Assembly: GCA_043228905.1 (NCBI GenBank)
Contig: JBHGNT010000022.1
Span: 7,750,001-7,814,000 of the forward strand
DNA from: Azolla caroliniana
Taxonomy: Eukaryota > Plantae > Polypodiophyta
Direction of reading: 5' to 3'
DNA: 64,000 nt
The position numbers and the translations under genes are program-made. The number at the start of each line of letters is the position of its first letter. The stretch's first letter is position 1. This document shows positions 13,501 to 25,100 of this stretch, piece by piece. The notes under the pieces were generated by a model. It was given only the letters and a program-made list of their open reading frames with translations, did not search any database and was not told where the DNA came from.

Positions 13501-16310
13501 GGAAATGGAGATTTCACGACGAGTCACCACTTCCGCCCTCGAAGAAGTGAATATGGGTACGGAATCGGAGCCTCGTTTCCTCTCCATCGCAAAGGAATTA
13601 AGGTCGGACCAGCGAAACACGATGATCGCACTACTCACGGAATATAAGGATGTGTTCGCATGGGCTCATGAGGACATGAAGGGGTTAGATCCCAAGTTCT
13701 ATCAGCATAAGATCAATTTAGCAACCGACGCGAAACCCGTTCAGCAACGCCACTACCGCATGAACCTGAACTACGCGACCCGCGTGAAAGAAGAAATTGA
13801 CAAGCTCCTGAAGGCGGGGTTAATACGACCAGTTAAACAAGCAACATGGTTAAGCCCGATATTGGTCGTTCCAAAGAAAAACGGCAAAATACAGGTATGC
13901 GTAGATTACCGAAAATTAAACGTCATCACCATTATGGACGCATTTCCCTTACCCTTCACCGATAGCGTACTGGACGCCGTCGCAGGCCATGAGATGTACA
14001 GTTTTTTAGATGGCTTTAGTGGCTATAACCAAGTACGCATGAATCCCGAGGAGCAAGAAAAGACGGCATTTGTCACAGACTGGGGAGTATATGTGGCAGT
14101 CGTCATGATGTTCGGGCTAAAGACGACGCCGACAACATTTTAATGGACAATTATGGAGACCTTTGGGGAATACATTCTGGCGTTCATGCAAGTTTATTTA
14201 GACGACTTTGCAGTATATGGGAGAACAATAGAACATTTTTCGCACTTACAACTGTGCTTGGAACGTTGCCGCACCGCATGCTTAAGCCTGAATCCCGCGA
14301 AATGTGCTTTCGGCGTGACCAACGGAACTCTCCTGGGCCATATAGTCAACAAGGAGGGAATAGCGGTTGACCCGAACAAAATCTCCGTGATTATGCAAGC
14401 CAACACTCCGACAAACGCCAAATCACTCAGCCGGTTTTTGGGACAAATACGTTGGCATAGTCGGATGATACGATATTTGGCGGACTTCGCCATGCCGTTA
14501 CACGCTGCCGTACATCGAACTCCTTTCCACTGGACTGCAATGGAGGATAAGGCCTACGAGGCACTTAAGATAATTCTCACACAGGCTCCGGTCGTACAAC
14601 CACCAGTTTGGGCGAAGCCATTCCACGTGTTCGTCGACGCCTCAGACATAGCAATAAGAAGTGCACTAATGCAGCTCACTGAACCAAGCTGGTATCGACC
14701 AGTATACTATGCTAGTCGCAAATTATCAACAACAGAGCGTAACTACTCCACAACGAAGCAGGAGGCGCTAGGGATGATCTATAGCATCAATAAATTCCGG
14801 CACTATTTATTAGGAAGGAAATTCACGTTCCACGTGGATCATTCGGCGCTACTGTATTTGCTGGAGAAACAAGCCCTGACAAGGAAATTGGCGCGGTGGA
14901 TGCTGCTGCTCCAGGAATTCGATTTCGTAATCCAACACCGACCAGGGATGCAACACGCAGTGGTGGATTTTTTGAGCAGATTCCAGAATGGAGAAACAGT
15001 ACAGAAAGATGACGAAGATTTTCCGGACGCCGATATCCTGCGGGTAGCGACACTAGTAGATAGAATGGAATTGACCTTTCCGAACTTATGGAAATGACGT
15101 ACTTTTTGACTACGGGATTGCCTCCAACACAATTACGCACGGACGAGAAGAAACGACTAGCCGTCCGAAGTCGTCACTTCTACCACGTCGAAGGCGTTTT
15201 ATATCACAAAGGCAGTGACGGTATTTGGCGACGTGGGGTACGACAGGATGAGAAGGAAGCAGTTTTATGGGAGGCACACTGTGGCACGACAGGCGGCCAT
15301 TACGCGGACGACGTTACAGCCCGGAAAGTATGGTAGGCGTATGGGCAATAAATACATATTGGTAGCCACGGATTATTGCACAAAATGGGTAGAAGCAAAG
15401 GCACTACGTGAAAATATGGTGACCGTCACAGCCAGGTTCCTTTATGAGCACATCTGGTGCCGGTTCGGCTGTCCAATTGAGCTTATCAGTGACTAGGGGA
15501 GCCACTTTCTCAATACGGTTGTTCAAGAATTAACACATCATTACGCCGTAGTCCATAAGAAGAGTACGCCATATTATCCGCAGGCGAATGGATTAGCAGA
15601 ATCCACGAACAAGACGTTGCAGACCATTTTGAAGAAAATCGTTAATGAAAATAGAACGGACTGGGATACCAAACTACAGAGTGTGTTATGGGCGTACAGA
15701 ACTAGCTACAAAACAAGCATACAGTCAACACCGTTTCGACTAGCGTTTGGGCTAGAGGCTGTGATGCCGGTCGAGTTTTAGCTACCTAGTTTGTGAATTC
15801 AGGTACGGCACCGACTATCAGAAGCCAAGTCGGAGGAGGTATGACTCCACCCACTCCTCGAACTAGGGGAAAAACGTGTCCACAGCATGGCTGTGTTGGA
15901 ATAGGAACAACGACGGCATAAAGCATTTGTGGATCGACATCGGAACGCAAGGGAAAAGGAGTTCTCCGTGGGTCAAGCAGTGCTGGTTTTCCAAACTCGC
16001 ATGGGCCATATGTCGGGGAAGTTACGATTCCGCTGGACCAGCCCATACTGGATAATTGGAGCAGAACAAGGCACGTTCCAACTAGGTACGCTGGCCGGGG
16101 AAGTAGTCCGGCAAAAGGTTAATGGGTTTCGGCTCAAACCTTACCTGGGCCCTACGCCACCTAACCCATTCACTGCCAAACAGGACAGAACCGGAGAAAC
16201 TGCACCGTAAATGAGTGGCCCCACTTGTACCATAATGTAAAAATAGGTTGTAGATAACCGTTACGATAAGTCGTTTCTATGCGCACATAATATCCCCACC
16301 ATCCACACAT
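10582..16310 (+). mobile_element. Gypsy F (non-chromovirus, sister of gypsy E), 3'-truncated; 5' LTR 10582-11020
   Basis: TGTTGTCC...GGAAACA followed by cttt-TGGCACGCTTGGTG PBS; gag with CCHC knuckles; PR IDGGSG; RT YLDD; RH; INT; no 3' LTR; right boundary approximate. Confidence 0.88.
11072..16210 (+). pseudogene. pol: gag-pol of gypsy F with many stops and frameshifts
   Basis: ORFs 12786-12977, 12968-14143, 14153-15097, 15088-15336, 15929-16210 are collinear with the 1154-aa ORF at 36395-39859. Confidence 0.9.
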
Positions 16311-16314
16311 CACA

Positions 16315-19300
16315 ACCCATATCCGTTGAAGCGATCGACGGTCGGGTTCTCTCATCGGGGGCGGTTACTAAAGCCACTATCCTGTTGGTACTTCAAATTG
16401 GGGCACACCAGGGGGAATTGACATTCTGCCTCATCGCGACCCCCCGACATCTGATTGTGTTGGGGCTATCTTGGTTGGAGACACACAATCCGACGGTGGA
16501 TTGGTGTAGCCACTCCATTACTTTTCCAACAACGCCAGTTCCTGCTCGGTCACAACACTCTTTTGATTCTATTACAGTCGAGTCCGGTTTGGTCGCTACA
16601 CTGGCCGTTGATTCGGGGAACGTCACCATTCCTGTCGCCAATTTACCCATCCGATATAATGACTTTTCCGACATCTTCGAAAAGCAGAATGCCGATCGAT
16701 TACCGGCTTATTGCCCCTACGATTACCGAACAGAACTCCAAGCTGGCGAGCATCCCCCATTCGATCCTATCTATGGGCTCTCCGCACATATTTGGCTGAG
16801 AATCTCACGAAAGGCTTCATTCAACCCTCCAAAGCACCGACCGGGGCACCAATCTTATTTGTCCAAAAGAAGGACGGCTCCTTACGCTTATGTGTCAATT
16901 ATCGGAGTCTCAACAAAGTTACGGTACGTAACCGTTACCCGCTACCCTTAATTCCAACGCTCCTCGATCGACTCCCAACGGGGCATATCTTCTCCAAAAT
17001 CGACCTTCGGGGTGCCTACAATTTGGTGCACATCAAGCCTGGGGACGAGTGGAAAACAACTTTTCAAACGCGCTATGGACATTTCGAGTAAAAAGTGATG
17101 CCTTTTGGCCTTACCAACGCTCCGGCCATCTTCCAACACATGATGAACGATATTTTTCGAGAGTATCTCGATCATTTTGTGGGCATCTACCTTGACGACA
17201 TCCTAGTTTTTTCTTCCAAATGGGAGGAGCACACACACCACGTCCAACTAGTTCTCACCAAACTCAGAGAATATGGGCTCTTCGCCAAAAGTGAGAAATG
17301 TGAATTCGATCAGACCTCTGTGGAATTCCTAAGTTACATGATCTCACCTACCGGGATCACAATGGATAAACGCAAGGTCGCCGCAATCACTGATTGGCCT
17401 CTCCCGACTCGGTTGAAAGAGGTACAATCGTTTCTTGGTTTTGCAAATTTTTATAGATGATTTATGGACGGGTTCTCATGCCTAGTCCAACCTCTCATCC
17501 AACTTACCCGGAAAGATACTCCATTTCTTTGGACCTCCACAACACATAATGCTTTTAATGCCCTCAAAGTAGCTTTTCTCTCCACCCCCCTGTTAGTCCA
17601 CCCGGACCCCACCCGCCCTTTCCAGGTTGAAATTGATGCCTCCGACTTTTCCATAGGTGCGGTCTTGTCCCAACCTGATGACGATGGCACCCTACATCCG
17701 GTCGCCTTTTACTCTTGGAAGTTGACAGCCCCGAAAATCAATTATCCGGTCTACAACAAGGAGCTCACAGCTATCATCTCGGCCTTCACTGAATGGCGAC
17801 CCTATCTGACTGAGGCACAACATCGTATTCAAGTGGTGACCGGCCACAAGAATCTCATCTACTTCACCACCACTCGTACGTTGAATCGGAGGCAGGCTCA
17901 TTGGTCATCTTTTCTTGCCAACTATGGCTTTGACATCTTGTTCCGACCTGGCGTTCAACATGGGAAAGCGGATGCTCTCTCTCGGCGACCCGATTTTGCA
18001 TTGTGCCCAAGCGACGACGCTTATTCTCAGCAATCACATTGTTTATTACGACCCAATCAACTCCAATGCTCACAAGCTATCTGTTGCACGATGATTCCTT
18101 ACTCAACGAGATTGCCCAAGCAACCACGTCGGACCCTTTCGCTACTGACATCATGGTGTGCCTCAACAACCCATCCCAGGAACGGCAAAGCTCGGATCTC
18201 AGTCACTTTACAACTCATGATGGGCTACTCTATCATAATCACCTCCTTTACGTACCAAATGGCCCATGTCGCCTACGAGTTCTACAAACTTGCCATGATG
18301 ATCCTCTTGTCGGACACTTTGGGGTCGTCAAAACATTGGCATTGCTTTCTTGGGGGTTTTGGTGGCCTCAACCTTGGAAATTGGTCAAAGAATTTATCAA
18401 AACTTGTGACGTCTGTGCTCGCTCCAAAGCAGCTCACCATCGTCTATATGGCCTTCTACACCCACTTCCAATCCCCAGTCGACCATGGGCATCTTTCTCC
18501 ATGGACTTTATCACCGACCTTCCTCGAGTCGGTGACCATGACACAGTGCTAGTGGTCGTCGATCGGTTTTCGAAGATGGCTCACTTTGTCCCATGTTCGA
18601 AAACCATTTCGGGGGAGGAGACAACTGCCCTTTTTCTGAAAAATGTCATCCGCTTACACGGTTTGCCTGAGGATGTCACTTCTGATCAAGGTCCTCAATT
18701 TATCTCCCACTTTTGGCGCCAACTGCTATAGACATTCGGGACTTCTGTGAACTTGTCAACCGCACACCACCCTCAAACTGATGGCCAAACCGAAAGAGTC
18801 AACCAAATCCTCGAACAATACCTCCGTTGTTCAGTTAGCTACCAACAAGAAGATTGGGTGGACCTCCTTGCCATGGCGGAATTTGCCTACAATAACAATA
18901 TCCATGCCTCAACTAAAGTTTCCCCATTCTTTGCAAATTACGGTTTCCACCCTCGTTTCAGCATTTCTATTTCGGAGATATCCATCAATTTGTCGGCCGA
19001 GAAGCGTACCCACACCTTACAAGATGTCCACTGTGACCTCTCCCTCGAGCTCCGTGTCCTTGGAAAACAGTATAAATCTCACGGTGACCAACATCGCTTA
19101 GTCGCGCCGACCTTCGCAGTCGATGACATGGTTTGGTTGCTACGTTGGCATATCGCAACCACCCGTCCCTGCGCGAAGCTCGACTACAGAAAGCTAGGCC
19201 CCTTCCGTATCCTCGAGTGTGTTAACCCAGTCGCCTTCCGGTTAGCTCTTCCCCCCACATTTCTATTTCACAATGTTTTCCACGTCTCTCTCCTCGAACT

Positions 19301-19553
19301 CTGTCATCCTTCTCGCATTCCGAGATGCCAACCTCCGCCGCCGCCGCCCGTGGAATTATCGACAGGTGAGGAGTATGAGTTTGACCGGATCCTCAACTCT
19401 CGCTTGCGTCGACGGCGACTTCAATACTTGGTCTTATGGAAAGGTTACCCTCTTTTGGATGCCACATGGGAACCAGTTACACACTTACAAAATGCACCAG
19501 AGGCAATTCACGGTTTTTACCAACGATGCCCGAGAGGGAGGATAATGACATAA
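16315..19553 (+). pseudogene. pol: Chromovirus pol (PR C-terminal half, RT, RH, INT, chromodomain)
   Basis: [54 protein letters not shown], and EYEFDRILNSR...YLVLWKGYP...TWEP chromodomain. Confidence 0.93.
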
Positions 19554-19969
19554 ACATATGCCATAGGGGAAGGTAGGGATTGAACCCAAGACCTCATGGT
19601 CTCTATTGGGCAAACCCTACCACTTGAGCTACATATGCATACTTGTATTTAATTCAACTTCATATAGTGTAGATTGAACATTGGAAGTTCCTAGCTTACA
19701 TGCATTCTCATTCTCTAGCTTTCATGCATCCTCATGCATTCTCTATTACATGCATCCTCATGCGTACTCTATTGCATGCATCCGCTTGCACTCTATTTCT
19801 AGCTGGCTTACATAGCCCTACCCTCTTGTATAAATACTCATGTGCACCTTGATTCTAATCAAGGTGAATAACACAAGTTACGGATTCTATAAGTTGAGTT
19901 CTTGTTCTTTTCCTCTCTCTTGTTCTCTAGTCTTATCTTCGTTCTACTCTATTATTCTTGTCCCTGACA
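19546..19969 (+). repeat. Chromovirus 3' LTR
   Basis: Direct repeat of 9344 onward; ends tgaca. Confidence 0.93.
19566..19633 (-). promoter_or_regulatory. tRNA-like A/B-box cassette in the 3' LTR
   Basis: Minus strand reads TGTAGCTCAAGTGGTAG...GAGGTCTTGGGTTCAATCCCTAC. Confidence 0.7.
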
Positions 19970-19974
19970 GTTGA

Positions 19975-20670
19975 TCGCAATATCATCATGTACCTCCTAG
20001 ATGCCGATGGATTTCTCGTCCTTCATTTGGTGCGGCTCCTCTTCGTGGGTGGTAGTGGTAATTTTCTAAGACTCATCCTAGCTGATGTTGTCCACATCTT
20101 TCTTCGTACCCATGTACTGCTCTTCGTGGGTTGTAGTTGTTTTTATCACACACACATCCGGGATGGTGTTGTCCACATCTCTCGTAGTACCCATGCGCTC
20201 CTCTTCGTGGGTGGTAGTTGTTTTTTTTAGTCACTCATCCGGGATGGTGTCATCCATATCTTTCACAATACCCATGTGTTATTTTTCGTGGGTGGTAGCG
20301 ATGTTTTTCACAAATTCATCCAAGATGGTGTTGTCCACATCTTTCTTAGTGCACATGTGCTCCTCTTTGTGGTTGGTAGTTTTGTTTTTTGTAGACTCAT
20401 CTTGGATGGTGTCGTCCACATCTTTTTTAGTACCCATGTGATCCTCCTCATGGACAATGCTAGAAGCCTCATTCTTTTTATAGTAGTTCTCCTCTTCTAA
20501 ATTGAATGTGGTGTTTTCTTCACAATCCTCATGTGTGGTTGCAGTGTTGTCAGAGTCATCTTTTGTGCAAGGCATAGACACGATCTCAGACTCTTCATCT
20601 CTGCTCCATATAGTGCCTGAATCATCTTCTTGTATTTGTTCATCTCCTACTTCTTGTCCAACTAAATCTT
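19975..20670 (-). pseudogene. Acidic exon with 27-aa (81-bp) repeats, probably the 3' part of the RING cargo gene
   Basis: ORF 20279-20581 contains HEEDHMGTKKDVDDTIQDESTKNKTTN repeats; units at 20041, 20122, 20203, 20284, 20365. Confidence 0.55.
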
Positions 20671-20779
20671 AATGCACCCAACAATACCAGTGTCAATAAC
20701 AATCTCAATTAACATACAAGGTTAAGGTTCACACTCCTACCTACTGCTACATCGGCGTGATCCTCTACTTCTGTAGACT

Positions 20780-21410
20780 ATCCTAGTACTAGCCCAACTA
20801 AATATAGAATAGATTCTACAACTAAACCTACAGTACAACTAATTGTAGAATGAAGTGTGTACTATGTTAGTACTAGCTCACGTATATATAGGATGGATTC
20901 TAGTACTACACCAACTCTACATGTAAAGGTCTCCTAAAGTATGTATTATGCTAGTACTAGCCCACCTAAATATAGAATGGATACTAGAACAAAACCAACA
21001 ATACAACTAATTGCAAAATGAAGTGTGTACTATGTTAGTACTAGCTCACCTAAATATAGGATGGATACTAGTACTACAACAACTGTACACCTAAAGGTCT
21101 CCTAAATTTGTACTATGCTTGTCCTAGCCAACCTAAATATAGAATGGGTACTAGTACTAAACCAATTGTACAACTAATTGTAGAATGAAGTGTGTACTGT
21201 GTTAGTACTAGCTCACCTAAATATAGGATGGATTCTAGTACTACACCAACTCTACACGTAAAGGTCTCCTGAAGTGTGTACTATGCTAGTACTAACACAC
21301 CTAAATATAGAATGGATACTAGCACTAAACCAACAATACAACTAATTGCAGAATGAAGTGTGTACTATGTTAGTACTAGCTCACCTAAATATAGGATGGA
21401 TTCTAGCAAC
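20780..21410. repeat. 168-bp tandem repeat made of two related ~84-bp halves
   Basis: aagtgtgtactNtgttagtactagctcac at 20853, 21021, 21188, 21356. Confidence 0.9.
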
Positions 21411-21461
21411 TATAAAATGGAATTAGAAAATACAAAACAACATAATAGCAATATCACATAC

Positions 21462-21646
21462 CAAAGGAGTGAACTTTGAAATCCATAGCTAAGTACTATT
21501 CAGCTCTAAAAGTAATTTTACAGTCCATACATGTATTTACTTTCTCAAAGTGGTACTTAACACATAGCTTGTGATATGTGTGCAAACACGGTGTAATCAT
21601 AACATCCATAGCCTCGAGGCTGAATCCAAGGCCACAAAATACACAC
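21462..21646 (-). pseudogene. RING-H2 zinc-finger exon, cargo of the Sola2-like element
   Basis: Manual translation CVFCGLGFSLEAMDVMITPCLHTYHKLCVKYHFEKVNTCMDCKITFRAE*YLAMDF, bounded by tgcAG| and |GTatgt. Confidence 0.85.
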
Positions 21647-24384
21647 CTGCACTTCGAGACACAAAGTACACCATAATAGCTAAAGGAGAAAAATATAAAC
21701 CATAGAAGGTAAAAGGAGAGATATCCTCACCGACATCCTTAGACTTCAAGCCAATGTTTTTATTGGAGGACTCTCTATAATGTGATGACTGGTGATGAGT
21801 AAAGTCTTCCCAGTCAACTTCGATGTCACTTGAACTTCACATGCAAAAACACATGCGCTTCACCCTTTCTTTGGTGTGTGTCTATTTACTTTCTTTGATG
21901 GGTGGTCCACATTCTTTCCTTTGTGGGTGTCATCACTTCATCTTTGACTCCTGCCTTCTTCATGGATGTCTTCTTTGTCATTTTTCTAGTTCCTACTCTT
22001 CTTCTAAAAAAGCTTCCACAACATAGTATTAACTCCCTTACATACCTATAAACTAGTACTTCACATGTCAATATACATAGCAGAATACCATTCCTAGATC
22101 ACGCAACAGATTACCACACTATAAATATGTCTAGACAACAATACTAAATCAACAAGAACAAGAAGAAAACAACTTTTCAACATAGGAGTACTAAGTCAAG
22201 CATCCCTCTTTCCAACAACAAGAAGAAGAAGCAAAGAAGATTCAAGCATATACATGTACAAGATTCAAGCATATCTTGACCCTCAAATGAACACTACACA
22301 AAAACAATAACACCACCACCACCAACAAAATGACATAATAATCATTTCCAAAAATAACAAATCATATACTTGTCATCATAGAATTATTAAATCTCAACTC
22401 ACAAATGAACATTGAGAATAAAAAAGAACAATTGCAACAACATCAACAAAACCAATAAGAACATGACATAGTAGTCCAGATCAAGAACAAAGCACTTCTT
22501 GGACATGTCATCACAACAATACTAAATGAGGCACCCTTTCCCAAGCCTCAACAAGTGCAAGATTCATATCTCAGTTGTTGGATGAACACTGGATAAAACA
22601 AGAACAAGAATAGGAACAATAGATAGAACAAGAGCAAGAACATCACCAAACATACTCAAAAAGAACATGTTGAGGAACATTGCATATACATAGGACCATA
22701 TTGATAGGGTGTATAAGACAGATGATAGTCGTATACAATATGAGACTTGATCAAACCGATTAGATGGAGTTATGATAGATTATATAGATCTAGGTAACTA
22801 CGATTTGGAGAGGAAAACTCAAGAAATTAAGATAAAAGGTAGGAAAGATGAGAAAGAGATAAGAATGTTATAATATTCCACTTCAAGTCAATACAAAGAG
22901 GATAAAGTCCACAATGAACTTAAAAACCAAAGACCTTCTTACTACCCATCACTCAAACCCACTACTAAGACCATCTTCTTCCACTAAGATACCTCTTCCT
23001 AATACTCCTCTTCCTCTATTCGGACCCCCCTCTATTATAATTTTCTTCTTCTTCCTCCTTCACGCTATTTTTAGAAGCTTTTTATCTCCTATTTTTAGCT
23101 AAGACCCAACAACCTTCTAATCGTCATATCTCCCTCATCAGAGCCCCAAATTTAGTGCTTTAAAAAGCTATAGATAAATTTCTTTACAAGCTTTCTAACC
23201 CACATTCTTTAAAAATATAATATTTGGGTCAAAAACGAAGGAGTTATAACCATTCCTTTTTTACTGTTTTTTATGGTTCGCTTTTTCTCTTTTTACTTTT
23301 CTCTTGGTCTCTTACTTTTACCTTTGACTTCTTCCTATAGTCTTGGTTCATGTTCTTAGCCTCCAAATGTGAATTATACTTTATATTCTTCTAGTGTTCA
23401 ATGTCTTAGTTTCTAAAAACACTTTCACACATATCATCATAGCACCCCTTTTCATATGTGAACATGTACAAGACTCAACCATGTATATGTTACAAGACTC
23501 TCAAATGAACACATTTGAAAAACAAGACGAAAAACATACTCAACAAGAACATGTTGAGGAAGATAACATATAAATAACATCATATCATCATAATCCGCTC
23601 TTACCATATGTGAACGTGTACAAGACTCAAGCATATTTCTGTACAAGACTCTCAAATTAAACGCATTTGAAAAACAAGACAAATGAAGAGTAGGAACAAC
23701 AACAAACATGCTCAACAAGAACATGTTAAGGAAGAAAAAATATATATAGAATCACATAATCATAGCCCCCTTACCATAATGAGCATGTACAAGACTCAAG
23801 CATATTTCTATACAAGACTCTCAAATGAGCACATTTGAAAAACCCGACATAACAAGAACATTTACAAACCAAATCAACAAGAATATACCTCTTCTCGAAT
23901 AGTTGAAGCTTCTCGATGAATATGTGGTAGAGTCACAAGTTATTTGCAAACACCTTGTTGTAGGTAATGCAACAAAACCTACAATAGGAGGAGACATAGA
24001 TGTTGTGATGTTGGGTCACAACAAGGACATCGAGCAGAGATGGTATGAACACAACGAGCAAAGGGGACATAGTGAGCAAAGAATGCCTGATACACCGTAG
24101 AGGGGTCACAATAATAACAAAGAGTCTAGAATGGATGTTCGTTGCAGATGGGTCACAACAACAACAAAGAGCAAAGAACTCTTGTTCGCTCTAGATGATG
24201 TGACACAACAAGGACCAACAAGCAGAGATGGTGGGGACATAGTGAGCAAAGAGGACAAAGTGAGCAGAGAGTGCCTTGAGGTTGCAGAAGCTTCAAAGCG
24301 AACAGAGAACGTGGTTACCTGGAGGTGCAGACGGTCTGAAGTGTCGCCACAATTTGAATACTTGTGAATTCAGGAGAAGCAAAG

Positions 24385-24560
24385 AGAGATCTGAGAGAGA
24401 GGGAGATCTTAGAGAGAGAGAGAGAGTGACAGAGAGACTGAGAGAGAGAGAAATAAAGACAGAGACACACAGAGAGAGACATAGGTCTGAGAGAGAGAGA
24501 AAAAAAGAGAGTAACTTGAACATCCACTTACGTGAGGTAGGAGAAGGAGAGAGAGAGAGA
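24385..24560. repeat. Imperfect (GA)n microsatellite
   Basis: Long gagagaga runs. Confidence 0.9.
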
Positions 24561-25100
24561 CTCAATCACTCACTCACCTTCAACAATTAAAGACTCTGTA
24601 TAAGTTTACCTCAACATATGCACCTTCAACCTCAACTGCAATTTATTACACAAGGGACACTTGGACAGAGACGTAACAATGGAAGAATGTGTGGGTTTAT
24701 TGTTCTTTTAAATTTTGAACCCATTGAATGTGACTTTTCTTTTCTTAATATGTGATGATAAACTTTTTAGTCACTTTTATTGGATTTATTTTAAATTATA
24801 GTGTTTATTCTCTTCATCGAAATAGTACTAAAATTTTGGCCAAAAGTTGGTACACCGTAGCTTGCTTTCACCCTCCACGACTCCATCGTAGACTTAGTAA
24901 AGTGTAAGAGGCTCGCGACAATGCCGGAACTGGAAAGGCCCGTAGAAGTGCGAACGACGTACTTGGAAGACGTAGTCGTAGAGGACGAATTGGCGGAAAG
25001 CCACTACTCGAAGCCACACTAGGCAAGGGCAATGACGGAAACTCCCGTTCGGATCAAGAGCGTTCAAGAACCGGTGGTGGCGTTGATAGACCATGGATCC

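Larger units (their letters stand above)
9344..19969 (+). mobile_element. Chromovirus (Tcn1/Tf1-like Ty3/gypsy) with two LTRs, interrupted by gypsy F
   Basis: LTRs 9344-~9688 and 19546-19969; TSD gttaa/gttga; PPT gagagggaggataa at 19532-19545; gag, PR, RT (YLDD), RH, INT and chromodomain. Confidence 0.92.
3173..24873 (+). mobile_element. Sola2-like TIR DNA transposon, about 11 kb without the nested chromovirus
   Basis: TIRs GGGTGAAAGCACGCCATGGTGTACCAA and TTGGTACACCGTAGCTTGCTTTCACCC (24/27 match); 4-bp TSD tcta/tcca; excision restores the host frame KEFHDSIV; transposase motif WNYF..GHGKGEHDG. Confidence 0.85.

Noticed and set aside
19566-19633. Functional tRNA gene
   Set aside because: A and B boxes are present but I could not form a convincing acceptor stem or anticodon arm; treated as a tRNA-derived LTR component.
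24276-24590. ORFs rich in ER and SL dipeptides
   Set aside because: Translations of a (GA)n microsatellite.
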